Assembly (NCBI GenBank): GCA_016292035.1
Contig: JAEEZR010000014.1
Coordinates: 33,171 to 97,170, forward strand
Direction of reading: 5' to 3'
Length of the DNA: 64,000 nucleotides
Origin: Bacillales bacterium
GTDB taxonomy: Bacteria; Bacillota_I; Bacilli_A; RF39; UBA660
Positions 20,060 to 29,383 of the stretch are shown piece by piece (within the stretch, counting starts at the first letter, position 1; the number at the start of each line of letters is the position of its first letter). The notes below the pieces were generated by a model. That model was not told the DNA's origin. It saw only the letters and a list, made by a program, of their open reading frames with translations, and searched no databases. The translations under genes were made by a program, and so were the position numbers.

Positions 20060-20297
20060 CTTTTATAAAGCACAATACATTGTGATAGTATGGCACAGGG
20101 ACCACTAGAAGTGATCCTATGCCTATTGGTAATATTTTTATTATTGTAGCTCCTAGTTCATTACTTGGAATAGCAAAGAACATTATTAATGTTAATGCCA
20201 ATCCAGTAAGTGCTATCATTAAGTCTACTGGTCTAAAAATATTAAATATCAATTTACCACTTTTTGTATTAGCTGGAATCAAATACATATTATTCAT
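19974..20297 (-). CDS. PrgI/VirB3-like small membrane protein
   Basis: 107 aa with two TM helices. The position immediately upstream of VirB4 and the N-terminal pattern IPANTKSGKLIFNIFRPVDLMIALTGLAL match the PrgI/TcpE type. Confidence 0.6.
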   Translation of the reverse strand: MNNMYLIPANTKSGKLIFNIFRPVDLMIALTGLALTLIMFFAIPSNELGATIIKILPIGIGSLLVVPVPYYHNVLCFIKDVYAFFSNRRVYRWKGWCVRSEYGQEQQ

Positions 20298-20318
20298 ATT
20301 CTCTTTTCCTTTCTAAAA

Positions 20319-22397
20319 CTAATTGTTTGAATTATTATCAGATGGTTTAGGAGCATCATCATTCCCTCTTAAGCCAGGTGATTTTCTATATGAATTAGTT
20401 TCAGGATCTTCATTTCTCTTTTCTGTTCTAACATAGTGAGACTGTTTTTTAAATGCTTTTCTATTATTTTCTACCGTTTCTTTAGTATTTTCAAGATCTC
20501 TTCTCAATGAATCTAATTGAACGTTAGCGTTAATTTGACTTTGACTACTTAATCTAGCTGCTTGGTCAATATCACTATAGTGTTGAATGATTCTATCAGC
20601 CATACCATTGTCATTAACATACTGGTTGTAGTCTTGAACATATTGAGCAATGTCTGCATCTTCTCCAGTTAGGGCACTTGGATCCCCAAGATTAAGCATT
20701 TGATCGTAGAATACTTCTCTCTGTCTGTTATATTCTTTTCTAACTGCTTCTTCCCTTTCTTGAATCCTTCTATTGTCTTCAGCTATTTCTTCAGCTGTAT
20801 AGTTATATGTTTCACTATCAAGTAGTTTTTGTTGTTCTGATCTCATTTTCATTAGCTCAGGATCATTAGCAAGGACATCTTCTATAGAACCGTGTCCTCT
20901 TTTAAAACTATTATCAATAGCGTTAGCCATTTGATTTCTTAATTCATCAGATCTTCTGTCAGAGTTTATAGTTGCTTCTAATGGTTTAGAATCTCTTGCA
21001 AATTGCTCTTCTGCGTCGCTAATTTGCTTATCATATTCTTTCATAGATTTTTCATTTCTAGCATGTGCTCCGAAGAAGTTTTCAACAGCGCCCCAAGCAT
21101 AAGGAATTGTTCCTCCTGCTCCATGCATGTTTCCACCGAATGTGTATTGATTCTTGATGTTTCCTACTCCGCCTTTTACAGCTTCACTTATACTCTTAGC
21201 TTTAGATGCATTTTGTCCGCCTTGGTATGCTCCTCTTACAGAACCAACAAGTCCTGCTAAAGGTCCTTGACCTCCAGCTGCTCCAGCAGCAAATCCACCA
21301 ATTGCACCAACAGTTCCTCCAACAATTCCAGAAAGAACGCTTCCAAATGATCTTCCACCGCTTCCAGCAATCTTTGTTCCAATTGCATCCTCTATTAATT
21401 TTGGTAATTCTTTAGCAGCTTGTAATACACCTATTACAATTATTACTTTTAGGATAATTCCTACTCCGCCTAATACATTTAAGTTATTTAGTATTATTGA
21501 CATTATTACAAATGCTAATTGGAATGTAGCTACCCGTATAAATACCTGTGCATATATTCCAAAATAAGTTGTAAAGAAAGTTTTAATCCTATCAGATTTT
21601 TGCGTTGGATCAATTGATAATATTACTGGTATTGGATATACTATTTGTAGTACTAGTAGTCTAAAAATACGACCTACTAATTCAAATACTGCTGTAAAAA
21701 AGTAATAGCATAACACACATCCCGCAAAGAATGGAATAATTGGGGTAAAATTGAAATATGCTGTGTAATCTGAAAGTGCATCTATATCTTTTTCACCTTT
21801 TATTACTGAACTATATTCCACACAATATCTTTGAGTTGAGCCTTCAGCACATTTAATAATTGGGGTAAAAAATAATGTCCATATCTTATTTGTAAATGAT
21901 CTAGCTTCTACTTCGCTTCCAAATGATTGACTGTTAACATTCTCTCTTCCATATATAATCATTGGTATTAAACCTGGAGTGGTTGAACCATCTTCGGTTT
22001 GATATCCAACAAGAACCCTTGTTTCAAAAACCGCTAGTTGTTCAAACATAAATGATGATGTAACTAGAAGAATAACAGCAATTAAAACATTTTTAACTAT
22101 TTTCATTCCAGTATTTTGACCATCTTTAATTTTTGAAGGGTCAATTATGAATGTTATTAGCATTACCGCTACTCTAAATAGTGCATAGATAGCAGCTAAG
22201 ACCATAAGTCTTTGTAATATACTATGAATGATTTCGCCATCTAATCCAATTTTAGCGCCTATTTGTATTATTTCATAGAAAGCTCTTAATAATAAAGCTG
22301 CTGCTTTATATACTGCTTCGTCTATAAATATGCAAACTGCTGTTAATGCATTTTTAATGGCTCCAGCTATTGAAATACCATTTAATAAAAATCGCAT
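20319..22397 (-). CDS. polytopic membrane protein, VirB6/TcpH/PrgH-like channel-component candidate
   Basis: At least 7 predicted TM helices in the first ~370 aa, a Gly-rich segment (GGTVGAIGGFAAGAAGGQGPLAG), and a coiled-coil-like polar tail. Confidence 0.6.
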   Translation of the reverse strand: MRFLLNGISIAGAIKNALTAVCIFIDEAVYKAAALLLRAFYEIIQIGAKIGLDGEIIHSILQRLMVLAAIYALFRVAVMLITFIIDPSKIKDGQNTGMKIVKNVLIAVILLVTSSFMFEQLAVFETRVLVGYQTEDGSTTPGLIPMIIYGRENVNSQSFGSEVEARSFTNKIWTLFFTPIIKCAEGSTQRYCVEYSSVIKGEKDIDALSDYTAYFNFTPIIPFFAGCVLCYYFFTAVFELVGRIFRLLVLQIVYPIPVILSIDPTQKSDRIKTFFTTYFGIYAQVFIRVATFQLAFVIMSIILNNLNVLGGVGIILKVIIVIGVLQAAKELPKLIEDAIGTKIAGSGGRSFGSVLSGIVGGTVGAIGGFAAGAAGGQGPLAGLVGSVRGAYQGGQNASKAKSISEAVKGGVGNIKNQYTFGGNMHGAGGTIPYAWGAVENFFGAHARNEKSMKEYDKQISDAEEQFARDSKPLEATINSDRRSDELRNQMANAIDNSFKRGHGSIEDVLANDPELMKMRSEQQKLLDSETYNYTAEEIAEDNRRIQEREEAVRKEYNRQREVFYDQMLNLGDPSALTGEDADIAQYVQDYNQYVNDNGMADRIIQHYSDIDQAARLSSQSQINANVQLDSLRRDLENTKETVENNRKAFKKQSHYVRTEKRNEDPETNSYRKSPGLRGNDDAPKPSDNNSNN

Positions 22398-22413
22398 AAT
22401 TACTCCTTTCTAG

Positions 22414-23340
22414 TTATTTAATACCACACAATACATCACTATATCCGAATAATCCGAACACCATATCTATTATTGTTGGTAATAACAATAATATTATAAC
22501 TATCACTATTTTTTTAACCACCTTCATAAACGCAGGTTTTAATTCGCTTTTTTCGTTAGTTATTACTGATACTAAGTCTATCATGCTTAGTATTATTGTT
22601 AGAACTATTGCCACTATTTTAATAATAGTAAATGCTTTATCAAGCATGTTAGCTAGTGAACCTTTTTCTGATGCACTTCCTAAATAGTCTACGCAGAATC
22701 CAACTTTACTTGAAATATTTGGATTGTCAATAAGTTTTTGGTTATTAACAAAATCTTCATATTCTGCTGTTAATTGTTTTATTTCATTTATTCTCTCTTG
22801 TGATAAGTTAGATGAGAATATTAATTGTTTTGATACATTTTTAGTGCAGTGATTAAACACCGAATCGCAATCCGCTATTAGCCAGTATCCTTCATAAAAG
22901 TCAAATGTTATTAAGCTTGATAATTCTGGGTTTTGAAGAACCATTGTCGGACAAAAAGCTCCACCATTTCTTGTGAATTGGTCAATTACACTTCCTCCTG
23001 ACATAGTTCCGGCTTGTTTTTGCATTTTATATCCTTTAGCAGTTTCATCAGCAGAATAGTTTTCTGTCTTATTGGAACCTGGATTACTTGCGGGCTCATA
23101 CTCATATACAACTACTTCTTTTCCAAGTTTTACCGCTCTCATTTCAATTTTTTTAGTTGAATAGTTGACATACACTGTGAAATCTTTGATATAGAAATTC
23201 TTTTTAGCGCTGTCGCCAGGCACATAAATATCTCCATAATCGCATCTAAAATCCCAATCACCTGTGTATGCATTTAATTTGGTGACAGGAATAATTGATA
23301 ATAATAATATTAATACTATATACGTTAATTTTTTACTCAT
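22414..23340 (-). CDS. secreted Cys-containing protein ending in a VirB2-like two-helix module
   Basis: Signal peptide MSKKLTYIVLILLLSIIPVTKLNA. The last ~95 aa (FCVDYLG...IIKIVAIVLTIILSMI...IVIVIILLLLPTII...LCGIK) form a TM hairpin. Confidence 0.65.
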   Translation of the reverse strand: MSKKLTYIVLILLLSIIPVTKLNAYTGDWDFRCDYGDIYVPGDSAKKNFYIKDFTVYVNYSTKKIEMRAVKLGKEVVVYEYEPASNPGSNKTENYSADETAKGYKMQKQAGTMSGGSVIDQFTRNGGAFCPTMVLQNPELSSLITFDFYEGYWLIADCDSVFNHCTKNVSKQLIFSSNLSQERINEIKQLTAEYEDFVNNQKLIDNPNISSKVGFCVDYLGSASEKGSLANMLDKAFTIIKIVAIVLTIILSMIDLVSVITNEKSELKPAFMKVVKKIVIVIILLLLPTIIDMVFGLFGYSDVLCGIK

Positions 23341-23421
23341 AAAAAAACTCCTACTTTTCCCTAAGTAAATTATACATGATAATTACTTATAAATCAATAG
23401 GAGTTAATAGTCTAATGGTCT

Positions 23422-25209
23422 TTATTCATTTTGATACTTAGCGACAATATTTCCCCATTTTTTACCATTTTCATCAACACAATCCCAGTGTAATTGACCG
23501 TTACTTGAATCTTTGACTGCACTAATGTTTTTAAATCCATTGTTCTTTCCTTTTTGTATTAAAGCTACTTTACAGTATGCTTCTGCATAGGCTTCTTCTA
23601 GTTTGTCTGTATATATAATTGCAAAGCTTCCTTCTGCACGTCTTCTAATTTCCGCAAATTCTAGTCTGTCGTGTGCTTCTCCTAGATTTCTAACATATTC
23701 TATTAATTGATCGTCACTTAATTCATCGTTGATAAATTCATCGTAGTATTTTAACACATAATCAACGTTTTCAGATGATGAATTGCTCTTGCCTTTTGTA
23801 GTTGCGACAAATCTTCTACTTCCAGAAGAGTCAACACATTCCCATGATGTTCCGTTTAGTTCTACAGTTTGACCAGTATAGCATTTAGTTTGATAATATA
23901 CTTTTTCCAAATAATGAATATTAGAATTTGTAGCACTAAGTACTTCTTGTAGTTTATCATCGTCTTTTAGAACTGTTCCTAATGATCTTATAAATAATTC
24001 TTTTTCTTTGTCATTTAAATTATTTTGATAAAAATCATTATATTTTTCCGTAACGTATTCTACTGATGTATAATACTGGACTCCATCATGTTCTTGTTTT
24101 ACTTGTAGTAATGAGCATCCACTACTGAATGGGTGAGCTGCACATTTCGCACACGCTTGCCAATCGGTATCTGATCCTATAGCACTTATAACTATTGTAA
24201 CTAGCTGTGCTACTAGGAATACAGCAACAGCTGCTATTATTTTATTTTTAATTAGGCTAAATGGATTAGTATCTTTGTCCGCTGCAATAGCTTTGGTTAA
24301 TTCTACCATGCTCATAATTATTAGTAGTAAAGGCACTAATATTTTAATCATGAACATTACATATCCGCCAATAACCCATACACCTTCTAATTTTGAACAG
24401 TAGTTAACATCTTCAATTACCGGTAATGAAGAGGTTTCACTTTTGCTACCACTATTTGATGAATCATTATTGCTATTGCTACTGCTATTGCTATCATTTT
24501 TATACTGAGAGAAATCATATGTTGTATATAATTCACATGAGTATTTTGTTCCTCCCTGATGTTCACATACAACTTTTAGTTCTGGACAATTTCCATCCGA
24601 AAAATCTCTAGCTATAGTCCCATATGAATTATATGTAGAGCTAGGTATATTTAATCCTTCTTTAGAAAAACTTACACCTACTATATTTGTTCCATCACTA
24701 ATTACTGAAGCTTTATCTATGACTAATCCTTCTTGATTTTGAACATCATAACTACATGTATATGTTTTTGCATCGGATTTAAATACAAATTCACCGTTAG
24801 ATGCACCAGTTTTTAAATTAATTAAACTCTTTTTAATGCCCACACTACTCTTTTGTGAATTTTCGTCCTTATAAATATAATTTTTTTCACCTTGTGTATA
24901 CACGTATATTTGATTTGGGCATTCAAAAGTATCATGTCCAGTTATAGATTTTGTCAAGAAATCATTGTGCGTAAGATCAGTCGCTATGTTTAGAAGTGCT
25001 GCTCCAGAATTAAATGAATCTATAATTTTAGGACTTGGCATAGTTGTGCCATCGCTTGCTATAAAGTATTTTAACGTTGTAGTATCATCTACTTTGTATT
25101 CACAGTATGCACATGCATATGTTTCACTGTCACACAAACTTGCATTTAACTTGATTGGAGCTAATATAAATGCAGTAAGCATTATTATTAATAATCCTAT
25201 TTTTTTCAT
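23422..25209 (-). CDS. secreted Cys-rich protein with a central VirB2-like two-helix module and a repeated C-terminal domain
   Basis: Start moved to ATG 25209 (AAGGTGA RBS; MKKIGLLIIML signal peptide). S/N-rich linker, then YVMFMIKILVPLLLII...AAVAVFLVAQLV...CAKCAAHPFSSGC, paralogous to 25329-25706. Confidence 0.7.
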   Translation of the reverse strand: MKKIGLLIIMLTAFILAPIKLNASLCDSETYACAYCEYKVDDTTTLKYFIASDGTTMPSPKIIDSFNSGAALLNIATDLTHNDFLTKSITGHDTFECPNQIYVYTQGEKNYIYKDENSQKSSVGIKKSLINLKTGASNGEFVFKSDAKTYTCSYDVQNQEGLVIDKASVISDGTNIVGVSFSKEGLNIPSSTYNSYGTIARDFSDGNCPELKVVCEHQGGTKYSCELYTTYDFSQYKNDSNSSSNSNNDSSNSGSKSETSSLPVIEDVNYCSKLEGVWVIGGYVMFMIKILVPLLLIIMSMVELTKAIAADKDTNPFSLIKNKIIAAVAVFLVAQLVTIVISAIGSDTDWQACAKCAAHPFSSGCSLLQVKQEHDGVQYYTSVEYVTEKYNDFYQNNLNDKEKELFIRSLGTVLKDDDKLQEVLSATNSNIHYLEKVYYQTKCYTGQTVELNGTSWECVDSSGSRRFVATTKGKSNSSSENVDYVLKYYDEFINDELSDDQLIEYVRNLGEAHDRLEFAEIRRRAEGSFAIIYTDKLEEAYAEAYCKVALIQKGKNNGFKNISAVKDSSNGQLHWDCVDENGKKWGNIVAKYQNE

Positions 25210-25303
25210 TTTTATCACCTTTTTTGTACAAGTTAAGTCTATCATATGAAGTTATTTTTTTCAATAAAAGTCTTATTTCTTTTGATTATTTGATGTAAAT
25301 AAA

Positions 25304-25323
25304 AAACTGCCATTTGGCAGTTT
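25304..25323 (-). terminator. intrinsic terminator after the 125-aa pilin-like gene
   Basis: Stem aaactgcc / ggcagttt with a 4-nt loop and TTTTTTATTTA on the minus strand. Confidence 0.75.
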
Positions 25324-25328
25324 AATTA

Positions 25329-25706
25329 TTAATTTCCAAAGTCACTAGTTGGTTGAATAAATTCACAACCTGTTGAGAATGGACTGAATACACATTTACC
25401 ACAAGTTTTGTACGCTTGACTAGAGCTTACTAGTCCCATAATAATACCAACGATTTGGATTACTAGGAATACAGAAACAGCATATACAACTTTCTTAATT
25501 AATATACCTTGTGCTTCCTTAGTCTTCTTTTCGTCTCCTGTAGTTACAGCCTTTGCTAAAGTTAACATACCAGTAATGATTAAAATAATTGGTACGATTA
25601 CTTTAATGATAAATACTGCATATCCAGCAATTGTGAATAGTAGTGAGAATTTATCACAGAAAGCTTGTGCATCAGAAGCAGCATCCATTAGTAATAAATA
25701 ATTCAT
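25329..25706 (-). CDS. VirB2/TrbC-like pilin-like protein (stand-alone two-helix module)
   Basis: 125 aa with two hydrophobic helices separated by a charged loop (TGDEKKTKEAQ). Conserved Cys before helix 1 and a C.KC..SPF...C motif after helix 2. GGAGAG RBS and its own terminator. Confidence 0.6.
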   Translation of the reverse strand: MNYLLLMDAASDAQAFCDKFSLLFTIAGYAVFIIKVIVPIILIITGMLTLAKAVTTGDEKKTKEAQGILIKKVVYAVSVFLVIQIVGIIMGLVSSSQAYKTCGKCVFSPFSTGCEFIQPTSDFGN

Positions 25707-25791
25707 ATATATCTCTCCTTCTTTATAATCTAATTTTATTATAAAAAAAGTGTGATGTCAAACAAATGCGTCTAACTTTACACTTTGTTTA

Positions 25792-26796
25792 TTAAAACTT
25801 AAACATCCCTAGTAATTTATTTTTGTTTTCTACTACTCCATCATCAGATACATTTTGTTTAATGAATCCTAGTTTTGATAGTAGTTCATTAACTTTATTA
25901 CTTGGTAAGTTTCTTTCATCTATAGATGGTAAATTATAGAATACTTTTGCCTTTGTTTCATATTCAAACTCAGTTAATTCACTTTGTTTAATATTACTTT
26001 TGTTAAGTACTACTTTACCATTTTTAGTAGTTTCAAATATATTCTTATTAGCCATTAATAGCTTGTTTAGTTTAACTGTTGATGGCTCTACTAAGTAGAT
26101 TACTTCTGAACAAATATCAGGATCTACATAGTTATTTAAGTCTACTAGAATGATATTTTTTTCATTCTTTTTCATTAATTCTTTAGGTAAATTTTCACTA
26201 GTAGTTGATACTAATTCCTTATCATCAAAGAATGTGAAGTCGGTTTTATCTACTTCTATTGCCGCTACATCATAGTTTTCTTCTAGTTGTTTTTTCATTA
26301 CATATGTAAGTGTTGTAGCTCCAGCACTACCAGTTAATGATTTAATTCCTATTATTCTACTCTTAGCTATTTGAGTTTCTACTACAGTTTCTTTTTCAAC
26401 TGTAGTTTCTACTTGATTAACATCATGGATATGCGCTACATCACGGTAGCTATTAGGATTTTGTAGTAGGTACTTAATACCTTCCGTATTTCTTGTAAAA
26501 TTATATATACCCATTGATATTAATTTTGATAGATAGGAGCGTGATGAACTCTCTTCAGAGTCATCTAGTAAAAGAATGACTTTGCTCATATCTAAATTTA
26601 TACTTAATTTTTGTAAATTATCTGTATTTTGATAGTCTTTTATTGCAGTTATATCTAGAATCATCCTATCAAAGTAGAAATTGCTGAATTGATTTATTAT
26701 ATCATCAGCTTCAAATACACCTTCAATTGATTTAATTACTTCAATATCAAGGCCCATTAGCATTTCTTTATATTTATTTGATATTATTACATTCAT
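25792..26796 (-). CDS. TadZ/CpaE-like protein (receiver-like N-domain plus ParA/MinD-like domain with degenerate Walker A)
   Basis: IIGIKSLTGSAGATTLTYVM sits where KGGxGKT(T/S) normally lies. ILVDLN and IYLVEPS strands follow the MinD/ParA fold pattern. The call also rests on context. Confidence 0.5.
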   Translation of the reverse strand: MNVIISNKYKEMLMGLDIEVIKSIEGVFEADDIINQFSNFYFDRMILDITAIKDYQNTDNLQKLSINLDMSKVILLLDDSEESSSRSYLSKLISMGIYNFTRNTEGIKYLLQNPNSYRDVAHIHDVNQVETTVEKETVVETQIAKSRIIGIKSLTGSAGATTLTYVMKKQLEENYDVAAIEVDKTDFTFFDDKELVSTTSENLPKELMKKNEKNIILVDLNNYVDPDICSEVIYLVEPSTVKLNKLLMANKNIFETTKNGKVVLNKSNIKQSELTEFEYETKAKVFYNLPSIDERNLPSNKVNELLSKLGFIKQNVSDDGVVENKNKLLGMFKF

Positions 26797-26816
26797 TCTT
26801 TTCCCCTCCGTGTTTA

Positions 26817-27290
26817 TTATAAATTGTCGTATGCATTATATATAACTTTAGTTTCCCCTGTTATAGGCACATTAATCTTAATCCATATTATAGGTAGCTC
26901 TAGACTAATAAAAGTAGCTACTTTATAATATGTTCCTTGAGTAGATGTTATTTTTTTAATGCAATATCCCCCTGGATAATCATTTCCTGCTCCAATGGAA
27001 TCAGGACATTTAATATCTGAATAATTATACCCTATTTCATTTAGGTATAAATATATTTTATCCTCCGTAGCTGGATTTACTTTGCTTTTGATTTTATCAA
27101 TGTCAGTTCCGCTTTCCTTAACATCTGAGCTAGTATTAAAGCCCTCACTTTCTTCAATAAGACTTATGATCCTATTTTTGACTTTGAAGGCTTTAGAATA
27201 ATTAACTGATATTGCTAAATAAGCGGAAAATAATACGATAAATGTTGCAACAAAGCCAAGCATCCAACCTGAGCCTATTGCGTGTTTCAT
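26817..27290 (-). CDS. TadE/pseudopilin-like membrane-anchored protein
   Basis: N-terminal hydrophobic segment GSGWMLGFVATFIVLFSAYLAISV, small size, and position directly after the pilin gene. Confidence 0.45.
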   Translation of the reverse strand: MKHAIGSGWMLGFVATFIVLFSAYLAISVNYSKAFKVKNRIISLIEESEGFNTSSDVKESGTDIDKIKSKVNPATEDKIYLYLNEIGYNYSDIKCPDSIGAGNDYPGGYCIKKITSTQGTYYKVATFISLELPIIWIKINVPITGETKVIYNAYDNL

Positions 27291-27307
27291 TCTCTATATC
27301 ACTCCGA

Positions 27308-27568
27308 TTAATTTAGACAAGTGCTTCCATCTAGTGAACAGCAATATTTTCTATCTCTTGCACTAGCTGATGTTAAATCTGTACCTGGATCAGTTGTACC
27401 CTCATCCCTATTTATTGCCTTGGCATTTTCTCCATAAATAGAACATGTATTATCTACTATAGATTTTTGAATTGCTGGCCATACTAGTGTATAGAAAAGT
27501 GTTGCTACTGCAGCGATTGCTACTACAGTAATAACTGTTGTACTTAATTCTCCTGTAGCTTCTTTCAT
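27308..27568 (-). CDS. small pilin candidate of the Tad-like system (Flp-like by size and position, atypical leader)
   Basis: 86 aa: MKEATG ELSTTVITVVAIAAVATLFYTLVW, then a 4-Cys C-terminal part. GGAGG RBS and its own consensus promoter. Confidence 0.55.
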   Translation of the reverse strand: MKEATGELSTTVITVVAIAAVATLFYTLVWPAIQKSIVDNTCSIYGENAKAINRDEGTTDPGTDLTSASARDRKYCCSLDGSTCLN

Positions 27569-27599
27569 TAATATCTTCCTCCTTTATTTTTATAGTTTT

Positions 27600-27628
27600 A
27601 TTATACCTAGTTTTTATAGTGTTATCAA
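27600..27628 (-). promoter_or_regulatory. sigma-70-type promoter for the pilin gene
   Basis: Minus strand TTGATA (27628-27623), 17 nt, TATAAT (27605-27600), about 30 nt upstream of the ATG. Confidence 0.65.
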
Positions 27629-27677
27629 TATTTTTTGATTATATGTACATTTTTTGTGTAAATAAAAACTTCTGCAA

Positions 27678-28469
27678 TTATACAGAAGTAAATATTTGCA
27701 TTATTGATAGCATTAGAATTACCATTACGCCTACACCTGTAGTCATAAGCATTGTCATGGTTTTCTTTTCCATCTTGTCTAGTCTTTCTTTATATTTAGT
27801 TTCTCTACTTTTTGCTTGAAGAGATGATATTGTTCTTGAGAAAACTATTAATTGTTCTTGTTTTCTTTCTTGAGCACCTAGTCCTAGACGATAAAGAAGT
27901 CTCATCATTCTCATAGAGTCTCTTACTGGATATTTAATTGCAAATTCCATATATGGATCTATTGTTGAATCACCTGCATTTATTTTAGCTACAAGTTCTT
28001 CTAGTCCTTCTTTAAATATTGCTGGAGCTGTATCAAGAGATTTTGACAAAGCTACTGGCACTGTATAGTGTTGAATTAATATTTCCAAACTCTTTAAATA
28101 GTATGGAAGTAATAAGTCTATTTCATGTAAGTGCTTTTTGTAGTAGCTTTTTACATTTGAATATCCTGATTTAAATACAAAGTATGCTCCTGCAAAACAA
28201 GCTAGTAAATTTATAAAGTTTAAACTTGATATAAATACTACTACTAAGATTACTAGTACAAGTAATCCGTTTTGTATACGCTTTTCAAATAAGACATCTG
28301 AGTCTACTTCATCTCCATATTTTGCTTTTACTAGAAAGTCATAATCACTTTCTTTTAATAGTTTAAATAAGGCTGAGTTGTCTTGTACGAATTTGTTTCC
28401 ATCTATCATGCCTCTTGATAAGCATATTATTACTACTAATACGCCAATTACGGCTATTTCCCACATCAT
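27678..28469 (-). CDS. tadC: TadC-like platform protein (T2SS-F domain)
   Basis: N-terminal TM, central TM pair and C-terminal TM. T2SSF-like LPYYLKSLEILIQHYTVPVALSKSL...ELVAKINAGDSTIDPYMEFA. Confidence 0.7.
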   Translation of the reverse strand: MMWEIAVIGVLVVIICLSRGMIDGNKFVQDNSALFKLLKESDYDFLVKAKYGDEVDSDVLFEKRIQNGLLVLVILVVVFISSLNFINLLACFAGAYFVFKSGYSNVKSYYKKHLHEIDLLLPYYLKSLEILIQHYTVPVALSKSLDTAPAIFKEGLEELVAKINAGDSTIDPYMEFAIKYPVRDSMRMMRLLYRLGLGAQERKQEQLIVFSRTISSLQAKSRETKYKERLDKMEKKTMTMLMTTGVGVMVILMLSIMQIFTSV

Positions 28470-29365
28470 TCGGCACCCACATCCTCATTATAATATTTTT
28501 CCCCAGTTATAAGGAAATAACTATTAATGGCAAGTATTGCATGAAGCATTAATTGTACATACCATTTTGATATCAGTGCTAAATAGCTTCCATTTCCTAG
28601 CATATATTGCACTAATGCTATTAAGAAATATAGGGCTATACCAAATGTTACAAATTGTTTATGGAAAGTTTGTCTATCTATTCTATCTCTATAAACATTT
28701 TCAACTAACATATCTATATCCATCATCATTCCTTCTAAAGCTTCTCCTGAATCTTTAGAACCTTCTTTAGTTATTTGTAAGAATAATTGATGCATATTCT
28801 TTATGATATAGTAGTCATATTTACTGTTGAAATAATTAATAGCTTCATCTATTTCTGATGAGTTATAAGCTATTGAAATCATTTCATTAACATCGCTTAA
28901 TATAGGATTTTCAAGTACTCCACTATCTCTTACTCCTTCTAAGGCTTTTACAAAAGATTGTGTTGTATTAAATTCCATTATTACGTTGGTTGAATATACT
29001 TGTATTTGTTCAAATATAAATTCACTATATACCTTATTACATCTTAAATATGCTAAGTATGGAATGAATGCTATTGCAATAAATGCATATATAATAGAAA
29101 TTATAATACTATAAAAGTAAAGATATGATATTATGGCTGCGCCTATACCAAATATAGCTACTTGAATAGCATATTGCTTAGGAGTATATTCTTGACCTAA
29201 CTCTTTTGTTTTCTCTCTTACCATTTTAAATGAGTAAGGTGCATATTTGTTATATATATTAGATACACTATCTGATACATATTTATATAGTTTTTCACCA
29301 GTTTTTCTTCTGTATAGAACTATAAATATTATCAGAAAAAAGACAATTATAATTTCTATATACAT
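28466..29365 (-). CDS. tadB: TadB-like platform protein (T2SS-F domain)
   Basis: Same architecture as TadC-like. 4-nt overlap with the next gene. Adjacent to the TadA-like ATPase. Confidence 0.65.
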   Translation of the reverse strand: MYIEIIIVFFLIIFIVLYRRKTGEKLYKYVSDSVSNIYNKYAPYSFKMVREKTKELGQEYTPKQYAIQVAIFGIGAAIISYLYFYSIIISIIYAFIAIAFIPYLAYLRCNKVYSEFIFEQIQVYSTNVIMEFNTTQSFVKALEGVRDSGVLENPILSDVNEMISIAYNSSEIDEAINYFNSKYDYYIIKNMHQLFLQITKEGSKDSGEALEGMMMDIDMLVENVYRDRIDRQTFHKQFVTFGIALYFLIALVQYMLGNGSYLALISKWYVQLMLHAILAINSYFLITGEKYYNEDVGAE

Positions 29366-29383
29366 AACTTTCCTCCTTCTTTA

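Noticed and set aside
24440-24500. A GCT/ATT-rich stretch (encoding the S/N linker) as a phase-variable simple sequence repeat.
   Set aside because: The repeat units are imperfect and in-frame. There is no homopolymer or perfect tandem array that would favour slippage.
23422-25245. The track start at 25245 (MIDLTCTKKVIK...).
   Set aside because: The internal ATG at 25209 has an AAGGTGA RBS and begins a canonical signal peptide. The 12 extra codons have no RBS.
25707-25791. A promoter for the 125-aa pilin-like gene, based on TTGACA and TATAAT hexamers.
   Set aside because: The hexamers are only 12 nt apart, which is too short for a functional sigma-70-type promoter.
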